Source: an uncultured Candidatus Peribacteria bacterium (lineage in GTDB: Bacteria; Patescibacteriota; Gracilibacteria; UM-FILTER-43-11). From it: a stretch of DNA of 35,435 nt. Position 1 is the stretch's first letter. Every line of letters begins with the position of its first letter. A program made the translations under genes and the position numbers. Under the pieces are notes generated by a model. It worked only from the letters and a program-made list of their open reading frames with translations, made no database searches and had not been told where the DNA came from. Of this stretch, positions 25,672 through 31,668 are shown in pieces. The DNA lies in NCBI GenBank assembly GCA_964448005.1, contig CAYUUW010000013.1, positions 1 through 35,435 of the forward strand, given 5' to 3'.

Positions 25672-26925
25672 TCAGGCTCGACCCTTGAGGGGCTTGAAGG
25701 TTAAAAGCTTGTTTCGGTAGTATTCGTATTGTTGCCTTCTCGCCTTGATTTCGGCGGGAAGCCCCCCTGTCATTCCGGACCCCGATCCGGAATCTCCTCC
25801 ATTGACCAGGGCATCGAATTTGTCGAGGATGGCGACGATGCGGGTTTGTTCAGCGAGGGGTGGGATGGGGATTTTTATTTTTGAAATTTCTCCCAAGTTG
25901 ATTTTTATAGGTGTCGCATTTACTAAGGTTCTCTTATATAGTTCAGTTTTACCAACTCCACTTTCAATAATAAATTTCAGGTATCTTGTCAAAACTTGTT
26001 TATGGTCTGGTCGGATGAGTGTTAGCGTAACATAATAAGCCAGCGGTTTATCATTTTCAACAACCGTACAAGTCCCAATGTCACCGATTCTTGTCATAAA
26101 CAAATCATCTTTTTTCGGCTTGTATTTGTATTTTTCAAAATCAGCAACTGATATGCATTTCTTTGTAGCATAAAGATTTTTAATATTCTCAACACTGACA
26201 AACGGAACGCCTTCTGTTGTATATTTGGGTGTCTGGTGTGTGCCATCATAAGTTTCTGCAACTTCCCCCAAACTCTTCCACTCCACATCATCCCCGAACG
26301 TTAAAAGCTCATCCCTATAATACTCATACTGCCTCTTTCTTGCCTCCAGCTCCGCCTCCAGCTCCGCCTCCAGCTCCGCCTCCAGCTCCGTAAATGTATC
26401 GAGGATGTTGACAATTTCTTGTTGGATGGGGAGGGGCGGGAGGGGAATTTTGAATTTTTTCACCTCAGCATCAGAAATTGCTGGATAACTCGCCCCTTTC
26501 TGTGTGTTCTCAACATAGTCAAAAAAATCTGAGGAGCCAATTAAATGATAGATAAAATTAGTTAACACTTTATTTGTATCTGGTCGTAGAACACAAAAAC
26601 CAGTGCTACAGATCTGCCCATCGAAATTTGAATCAATAATGCTAAAACGTTTCAATGTTGGTCGCGTTGTCCCAAAGATAACATCACCAGTTTTTACAAT
26701 TTGCTGCGCTCTGCTTGGGGCTGTTTCTGCATTTATAGTCTGCGTTTCTGATATTTTATGGGTAATGCGGTTAACAGAAGTTAAATCAATATATTGGAAA
26801 GTTTGGCTACCGACTGATTGCCATTTGATATTTTCCTTAGGAAGCAAGATGTCACCCAATTCCTTAAACTCCACCCCATTGGGGCAGAGTTCTGAGATTA
26901 ATAGGTCGATTTTGGGTTGGTGCAT
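25672..26925 (-). CDS. hsdS: type I restriction-modification specificity subunit
   Basis: 417 aa. Two low-GC target-recognition domains separated by the conserved helices ILDTFTELEAELEAELEAELEARKRQYEYYRDELLTF (central) and ILDKFDALVNGG...GLPAEIKARRQQYEYYRNKLLTF (distal). Confidence 0.95.
   Translation of the reverse strand: MHQPKIDLLISELCPNGVEFKELGDILLPKENIKWQSVGSQTFQYIDLTSVNRITHKISETQTINAETAPSRAQQIVKTGDVIFGTTRPTLKRFSIIDSNFDGQICSTGFCVLRPDTNKVLTNFIYHLIGSSDFFDYVENTQKGASYPAISDAEVKKFKIPLPPLPIQQEIVNILDTFTELEAELEAELEAELEARKRQYEYYRDELLTFGDDVEWKSLGEVAETYDGTHQTPKYTTEGVPFVSVENIKNLYATKKCISVADFEKYKYKPKKDDLFMTRIGDIGTCTVVENDKPLAYYVTLTLIRPDHKQVLTRYLKFIIESGVGKTELYKRTLVNATPIKINLGEISKIKIPIPPLAEQTRIVAILDKFDALVNGGDSGSGSGMTGGLPAEIKARRQQYEYYRNKLLTFKPLKGRA
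26342..26389 (-). repeat. 4 perfect tandem copies of a 12-bp unit (gcctccagctcc), in frame, encoding (ELEA)x4 in the HsdS central conserved region
   Basis: Counted base by base: 26342-26353, 26354-26365, 26366-26377 and 26378-26389 are identical. Confidence 0.95.
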
Positions 26926-26926
26926 T

Positions 26927-26942
26927 GTCTTAAACTATGATT
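26927..26942. repeat. junction motif copy 2 (inverted; perfect 16-bp inverted repeat partner of 27387-27402)
   Basis: gtcttaaactatgatt; its reverse complement aatcatagtttaagac is exactly 27387-27402. Contains the GxxExxY stop codon and ends 1 nt before the hsdS ATG. Confidence 0.9.
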
Positions 26943-27375
26943 GAAGTGATTTTGTGATGGGCTGTGATTTTTTTGTCTTCATGAGCCGCTTGAATTCCAT
27001 GCTTTTGGAGCCAAAGTTGATCAGGAGCCCGATCTCCAGCTTGTAGGCCTCTAAATAATTGATCGCCTGGGCCCAGTGGACATCTTCGAGCCTTATGACC
27101 GCCTTGATTTCAACCATCACCTTCCCCTCAACAAAAAAATCCACCCTTCTTGTGCCGATCCGCGCTCCTTTGTACTCCACGGGCATTTCGTGCTCCCTGG
27201 AAAAGGCAAGGCCATGGTCCTCCAGCTCGATCGCCAAAGCCCTCTGATAGATCACTTCCTGAAAGCCATTCCCCAGAGTTTTATGCACCTCCATGGCGGC
27301 GCCAATGATCCTGGCCGTTAGGTCGGAATGCTTGTATTGATCGTTGATGAAGGTGTTTTGAATCATAGTTTTCAT
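26935..27375 (-). CDS. GxxExxY protein (PD-(D/E)XK-fold family, also known from 23S rRNA intervening sequences)
   Basis: AAMEVHKTLGNGFQEVIYQRALAIELEDHGLAFSREHEMPVEYKGARIGTRRVDFFVEGKVMVEIKAV...HWAQAINYLEAYKLEIGLLINFG carries the G..E..Y motif and the D..(x)n..E.K nuclease-fold core. Confidence 0.9.
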   Translation of the reverse strand: MKTMIQNTFINDQYKHSDLTARIIGAAMEVHKTLGNGFQEVIYQRALAIELEDHGLAFSREHEMPVEYKGARIGTRRVDFFVEGKVMVEIKAVIRLEDVHWAQAINYLEAYKLEIGLLINFGSKSMEFKRLMKTKKSQPITKSLQS

Positions 27376-27386
27376 TTCATCACAAA

Positions 27387-27405
27387 AATCATAGTTTAAG
27401 ACTTT
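27387..27405. repeat. junction motif copy 1 (inverted-repeat partner of 26927-26942; 18-bp direct repeat of 24590-24607)
   Basis: aatcatagtttaagacttt. On the minus strand it supplies the last codons K-S-stop of hsdM followed by ACT ATG. Confidence 0.9.
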
Positions 27406-28964
27406 CCCTCAATCTCCCCCACAATCCCATCAATCGCCGTCCTCAGCTCATTCTGCCGCGCCACAATCTTCGCGATTTTGGCGTTCAATTCCTTAATATC
27501 CACCACCTCGCGAGTGTCTTCCCCCACCACATAGCTGGAAACCGCAATATTGTAGTCATTTTCCTCAATCGTCTTGTTGTTCACCAGTTTCGCGAAATAA
27601 TCCATGTCCTCGCGCTCGGCGAAGGCCCCTAGAATCTTTTTGCGATTCGCCTCGCTCAGCTTGTTTTTGTTCCCGCCCCGGACGAATTCCTTCGAGGCAT
27701 CGATGAAAAGGGTTTTGTTGTCCTTCTTGCTCTTCTTCAGCACAATGATGCACGTCGCAATCGTGGTCCCAAAAAAGAGGTCCGGCGGAAGCTGGATCAC
27801 GGTATCGATGTAATTGTTGTCGATCAGGTATTTGCGGATCTTCTGCTCCGCGCCGCCGCGGTAGAGGACACCCGGAAATTCAACAATCGCCGCTGTTCCG
27901 CTAGTAGAAAGCCAGGAAAGCATGTGCATCGCAAAAGCCAGATCCGCCTTGCTCTTGGGCGCCAGCACGCCCGCCGGGGAAAAACGCGGATCATTGATCA
28001 AAAGCGGATTGGCGTCGCCCTCCCATTTGATGGAATACGGCGGATTGGACACAATCGCATCAAACGGCTCGTCGTCCCAATGCTTGGGCTCCGTCAGCGT
28101 GTCGCCATGCTCAATATTAAAATGATTGTAGTTGATGTCATGCAAAAACATATTGATGCGGCACAGGTTGTAGATGGTCAGGCTGATCTCCTGGCCGTAA
28201 AAGCCCTGCCGAACATTTTCTTTGCCGAGCACTTTGGCGAATTTGAGAAGCAGCGAGCCCGAACCGCAGGCCGGGTCGTACACCTTGTTCACTTCCTTTT
28301 TGCCCACCGTCGTGATCTCCGCCAAAAGCTCGCTCACTTCTTGCGGGGTAAAAAACTCACCGCCTGATTTGCCGGCCGTGGAGGCGTACATGGTCATCAG
28401 GTACTCATAGGCGTCGCCAAAGGCGTCTATGGTGCTGTCGGCGTATTCGCCCAGGCGAAGGCCGCCAATGGCTTCCATGAGCTTGGCGAGCTTTTTGTTC
28501 CGATTCTCCACCGTGCCTCCCAGCTTATTCGAGTTCACGTCCAGGTCGTCGAATAGGCCCTTCAGGTCCTGTTCGCTTTCCGTGCCCTTGGCGGAATGCT
28601 CGATGTGGCGGAAAGCGGCCGCCAGGGTTTCGTTGAGGTTTGTATCGTTCCTTGCGTTTTTCAAGACGTTTGCAAAAAGCTCGCTCGGTAGAATAAAAAA
28701 CCCCTTTTCGATGACGGTTTCTTTACGAGCCAATTCAGCAGTTTTGTTATCTAGTTTGGCATAATCAAAATCTGGTCCTTCGTGTTTTGTGTCATTGAGA
28801 TGGCTGGTGAGGTTTTCGCTGATGAACCGGTAAAAAAGCATCCCCAGCACATATTGCTTAAAATCCCAGCCGTCCACGGAGCCCCGCAGATCGTTGGCGA
28901 TCTGCCAAATGGCCCGATGGAGCTCGGCGCGTTCCTGTTCCTTGCTTAGGTTCAAATGGGTCAT
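27396..28964 (-). CDS. hsdM: type I restriction-modification N6-adenine DNA methyltransferase subunit
   Basis: 522 aa. HsdM N-terminal helical domain, SAM motif I (YDPACGSGSLLL), catalytic motif IV (IVSNPPYSIKW). Confidence 0.95.
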   Translation of the reverse strand: MTHLNLSKEQERAELHRAIWQIANDLRGSVDGWDFKQYVLGMLFYRFISENLTSHLNDTKHEGPDFDYAKLDNKTAELARKETVIEKGFFILPSELFANVLKNARNDTNLNETLAAAFRHIEHSAKGTESEQDLKGLFDDLDVNSNKLGGTVENRNKKLAKLMEAIGGLRLGEYADSTIDAFGDAYEYLMTMYASTAGKSGGEFFTPQEVSELLAEITTVGKKEVNKVYDPACGSGSLLLKFAKVLGKENVRQGFYGQEISLTIYNLCRINMFLHDINYNHFNIEHGDTLTEPKHWDDEPFDAIVSNPPYSIKWEGDANPLLINDPRFSPAGVLAPKSKADLAFAMHMLSWLSTSGTAAIVEFPGVLYRGGAEQKIRKYLIDNNYIDTVIQLPPDLFFGTTIATCIIVLKKSKKDNKTLFIDASKEFVRGGNKNKLSEANRKKILGAFAEREDMDYFAKLVNNKTIEENDYNIAVSSYVVGEDTREVVDIKELNAKIAKIVARQNELRTAIDGIVGEIEGKS

Positions 28965-28969
28965 AAGGA

Positions 28970-29179
28970 TTATTTGATTAAATCATCTACGCCCACACCC
29001 AGGGCCTTGGCGATTTTGCTCAGCGTGTCGATGGTGGGATTGCTATTGGCTCCGCTTTCAATGGTCACCACCGTATTCAAAGAAAGGTCAGCCAATTTAG
29101 AGAGGCGGTCTTGCGAGATGCCGTGCTCCGCCCGCAGTCGCTTCATGTTCTTTCCAATGGTGTTTTCAGAAGGGGACAT
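28970..29179 (-). CDS. XRE-family helix-turn-helix transcriptional regulator
   Basis: 69 aa. IGKNMKRLRAEHGISQDRLSKLADLSLNTVVTIESGANSNPTIDTLSKIAKALGV is a canonical Cro/C1-type HTH. Its stop is 5 nt from the hsdM ATG. Confidence 0.85.
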   Translation of the reverse strand: MSPSENTIGKNMKRLRAEHGISQDRLSKLADLSLNTVVTIESGANSNPTIDTLSKIAKALGVGVDDLIK

Positions 29180-29397
29180 ACAGTATAATGGATGGGTTTG
29201 ATTGTAGGGTACTCCTTTGAAATTCCTCCGTCAAAAAAGTCCTTCCGCCAATAGAAGGAACCTCCCAACGGAAAGGAGTAACCCCTTACGCTGGACCAAT
29301 CGTGTTGGTTGCTCCAGCTTGGGGTATATATATCCAGGCAAAAGTTTTTGATATACTAGGCCTAGTGAATTGTGGCGGGGCAGTTAATTTGACAATT

Positions 29398-29420
29398 TAA
29401 ATTATATATTATATAATTTA
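29398..29420. promoter_or_regulatory. 23-bp AT-only palindrome in the ~400-bp AT-rich non-coding region upstream of the HTH-hsdM operon
   Basis: taaattatata-t-tatataattta: two perfect 11-bp arms around one central base. About 220 nt upstream of the HTH ATG (29179). Function unknown. Confidence 0.25.
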
Positions 29421-29591
29421 TACTAGCGCTGTTCTTTGAAAAATAATTCGCAAAAAGGTGGAGTGAATGGAACGGTTTCGTTGTTTCTGTGCTAGTCCTT
29501 TTCTTTTTGTTCTTTAGGAATATAAATAGAGAGTGAGAAGAAAGGGGCTTCCACCAAACAACAAACAACCGGAAGCCAAAGAGGTGCCAGT

Positions 29592-29831
29592 ATGCTACCC
29601 AAAAATAGCCACCGTGTTTTCTCCAGCAACCTCAGTGAGCTCGACACGACGGGACGCCTGATCGTGGGTTTCTTCTTGCTCTCTTTCCTGATGGTGGTCG
29701 TAGCTTTCGCTCACGACTGCGGCACCGAGGTCGGATTGGCCGTCGCCACCCCAATCATTCTGTTCTTCGGGATCGTCGTGGCCATCCAAAATGCCACGGA
29801 CGACGCACATCGGGGCCATGAGAACACCTGA
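29592..29831 (+). CDS. small hypothetical membrane protein
   Basis: 79-aa ORF with two hydrophobic helices (LIVGFFLLSFLMVVVAFA, VATPIILFFGIVVAI). No family recognised; could be spurious. Confidence 0.3.
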   Translation: MLPKNSHRVFSSNLSELDTTGRLIVGFFLLSFLMVVVAFAHDCGTEVGLAVATPIILFFGIVVAIQNATDDAHRGHENT

Positions 29832-30019
29832 ACCACGCCCGAGCCTAGGCCCGAGGCGAGAAGGGTGCTCATAGCCAGTTGTCAGAGGTGGCGGAGGAAA
29901 CTTACATGGCTTACATTCACTCCCTCACCTTTTTGCGGATTATTCTTCCCCCGCTTACGCTGGAGCAATCTTGCCCGCCTTCCGAAGCAGTACGGCGGAC
30001 AGGCAGATTGGTTCAGCGG

Positions 30020-30193
30020 CTATTCTCCAAACAAGGCTGCGACTCCGCCGACAATTATTCCGCCGCCGAAAAGAGCAGCCATCAAAAGGATTTGCCCAAT
30101 CGCTCCGTATCCCATGATGGCCAATACCCTTTTCAGAAAAGAGTCGGAATTGAGCCACCCTTTGTAGCTGTAGGTCTCTTCGTTTTCCGTCAT
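30020..30193 (-). CDS. 57-aa small membrane protein
   Basis: Internal ATG at 30193 of the composite ORF 30020..30733 gives MTENEETYSYKGWLNSDSFLKRVLAIMGYGAIGQILLMAALFGGGIIVGGVAALFGE. Upstream of this Met the long ORF is Arg/Pro-rich junk that overlaps the better 148-aa frame. Contains the right copy of the 37-bp repeat. Confidence 0.5.
   Translation of the reverse strand: MTENEETYSYKGWLNSDSFLKRVLAIMGYGAIGQILLMAALFGGGIIVGGVAALFGE
30107..30143. repeat. right copy of the 37-bp imperfect direct repeat (partner of 19853-19889)
   Basis: Same orientation as the left copy, 34/37 identical. Here it encodes SFLKRVLAIMGY inside the 57-aa ORF. Confidence 0.9.
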
Positions 30194-30246
30194 GGCGTTT
30201 GCGGTTAGGCGAACTGGCGGGAAGTCCGCTTTCAGCCTGAATTTTC

Positions 30247-30693
30247 CTATTTTGCCAGATAAAAGGCAAGCAGCATTAGCCCCCCCCACCAGCCAAGGTC
30301 GGAAACAATCAGGCTGACCATGATTTTTCTCTGCCATGATTTGGGAAGCAATTCGCCGGCTTTCCCTTCCTTTTCCTGCCGCAGGAGAAACGGGCTGACC
30401 CTGAAGGACAAGAAGATTCCGTTCAGAATCAGGGTCGCTGCGATAAGGGCGTGAATGAGAGGCGTGCCCGCAAAAGGCTCTTGGCGATAGAAGATCGCCC
30501 CCCCTAGGATCGCCAGCATGATTCCGATCCAGATCAGCGGCTTGGTCACCTTGTGCGTTCGGATCGTTGCTTCGCTCCAGTATGCCGATTTCCTTCCCAG
30601 AAATCCGTGGAGATCGATCACCGTGACCGCTCCCAGGCCGATGACGAATCCGGCAAGGAGGACGAAGAGGCCGATGAAGTTCAGGAGGTCCAT
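30247..30693 (-). CDS. integral membrane protein (4 TM), family not recognised
   Basis: 148-aa ORF with helices FIGLFVLLAGFVIGLGAVTVI, LIWIGIMLAILGGAIF, LIHALIAATLILNGIFL and IMVSLIVSDLGWWGGLMLLAFYL. Confidence 0.6.
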   Translation of the reverse strand: MDLLNFIGLFVLLAGFVIGLGAVTVIDLHGFLGRKSAYWSEATIRTHKVTKPLIWIGIMLAILGGAIFYRQEPFAGTPLIHALIAATLILNGIFLSFRVSPFLLRQEKEGKAGELLPKSWQRKIMVSLIVSDLGWWGGLMLLAFYLAK

Positions 30694-30733
30694 GAGGTAT
30701 TGTTTTTTCGAGGCAGCCGAGAGGAGAAATCAT

Positions 30734-31582
30734 TTAAAGCGGGCAGGTGCTTTTCCCGATGGCGGCATAGAATCCGCACCAGCTAAAGAGGGCCTCGAAC
30801 AAGGCGAAGCCCGAAAGCAGCAGCAGCCAGGGGCTCCACGAAGAGGTGATGGCCAGAAGAAGCAGGCCCAGACCGAGGGCCAGGCGGATCAGCCTGTCCG
30901 CAAGGCCTATGTTGCGATGCTTTTTCCGCAGGGCATTCTTGGAAAGCCTCTTCAGGGCCAGGCGATAGAGGAATCCCAGCGCAAAGGCCAGAAGGTACAT
31001 GACGAGTATGTATCCCCAGCCAAAAGGAGACTTGATGAAGCTGATCGGCGATTCCTGGAAAAAATCGCTTTTCAATTGCGGAATAAGATTCAGGGCATTC
31101 AGGGTCTCTTTCCCGTCGAACGCTTCGATGGTCCCCACCGCCAAAGAGTATTTGCTGTCGTTGTCTGGGCTCGAAACGATGATGGAGTAACGGCCTCCTC
31201 CGACGCTTTTTTTGTACTCGCCTCCGTCCCAATAGCGGCTTTGCCCAAAAAACTCGAACATCTCCTTCCAGCCAGCGCCCTGGCCGCCAATCACCTCAAG
31301 CACTTCGCCGTCCTTTCGTATTTCCGCCTGCGCATCCCTTTTTGAATCCCCTGAGTATGGCATCAGAATGCCCACATAAAGCTCAAAAGGCTCGCTCGAT
31401 TCGATCGTATAGACGTGGGGGGCGCCGGCAAGCTCTCCATAGAATGCCTTTGATACTTCAGGGTCCATTACTTCTATCGACTCGCCTTCAGCGATTCTCG
31501 GCTGGTGGGCAAGGGCCGGCTGGGCCAAAAAGGCAAAAGATCCGATGATGATTATCGAAGCGATGGCGAGTGGGTTTTTCAT
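30734..31582 (-). CDS. exported protein fused to a C-terminal DUF2892 (YgaP-like) membrane domain
   Basis: Signal peptide IIIGSFAFLAQPALA followed by HQPRI. A ~170-aa beta-rich domain, a TM helix, then LIRLALGLGLLLLAITSSWSPWLLLLSGFALFEALFSWCGFYAAIGKSTCP, the DUF2892 pattern with its Cys pair. Confidence 0.65.
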   Translation of the reverse strand: MKNPLAIASIIIIGSFAFLAQPALAHQPRIAEGESIEVMDPEVSKAFYGELAGAPHVYTIESSEPFELYVGILMPYSGDSKRDAQAEIRKDGEVLEVIGGQGAGWKEMFEFFGQSRYWDGGEYKKSVGGGRYSIIVSSPDNDSKYSLAVGTIEAFDGKETLNALNLIPQLKSDFFQESPISFIKSPFGWGYILVMYLLAFALGFLYRLALKRLSKNALRKKHRNIGLADRLIRLALGLGLLLLAITSSWSPWLLLLSGFALFEALFSWCGFYAAIGKSTCPL

Positions 31583-31668
31583 GTCGAGCGGTTGAGAAGT
31601 TGCACATCCTGCCTATCCGAAGGCCTCTTGAGGAGACGATTTTTCCTGAAATTTGCCTTCAGCCGAAG

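Larger units (their letters stand above)
26927..27402. mobile_element. GxxExxY ORF bounded by perfect 16-bp terminal inverted repeats (cassette-like unit, speculative)
   Basis: The two inverted-repeat arms sit at the exact ends of the single ORF. An 11-nt piece (aatcatagttt) is additionally duplicated at 27361-27371 across the start codon region. Confidence 0.3.
19853..30143. mobile_element. putative ~10.3-kb genomic island (type I R-M cargo) delimited by the 37-bp direct repeats
   Basis: GC drops at the left repeat and stays lower (e.g. line 21001-21060 = 26/60) until ~29600. The repeats are in direct orientation at both ends. No integrase or transposase seen inside, so mobility is inferred only. 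Confidence 0.4.

Noticed and set aside
26342-26389. Short tandem repeat considered as a possible CRISPR or mini-satellite
   Set aside because: The units are contiguous 12-mers without spacers and lie in frame inside hsdS. This is a coding repeat, not a CRISPR array.
29362-29568. 68-aa minus-strand ORF in the AT-rich leader
   Set aside because: The translation is Lys/Asn/Phe/Ile-rich, typical of a random ORF in AT-rich DNA. There is no ribosome-binding site and no motif.
19853-30143. Search for an integrase, transposase or tRNA target that would confirm island mobility
   Set aside because: No tyrosine/serine recombinase, DDE transposase motifs or tRNA-like sequence were found in or next to the island. 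It is therefore reported only as a repeat-bounded compositional island.
30020-30733. 237-aa composite ORF
   Set aside because: Its N-terminal 180 residues are Arg/Pro-rich and overlap the much more protein-like 148-aa membrane ORF (30247..30693). Only the last 57 codons (from the ATG at 30193) look real.
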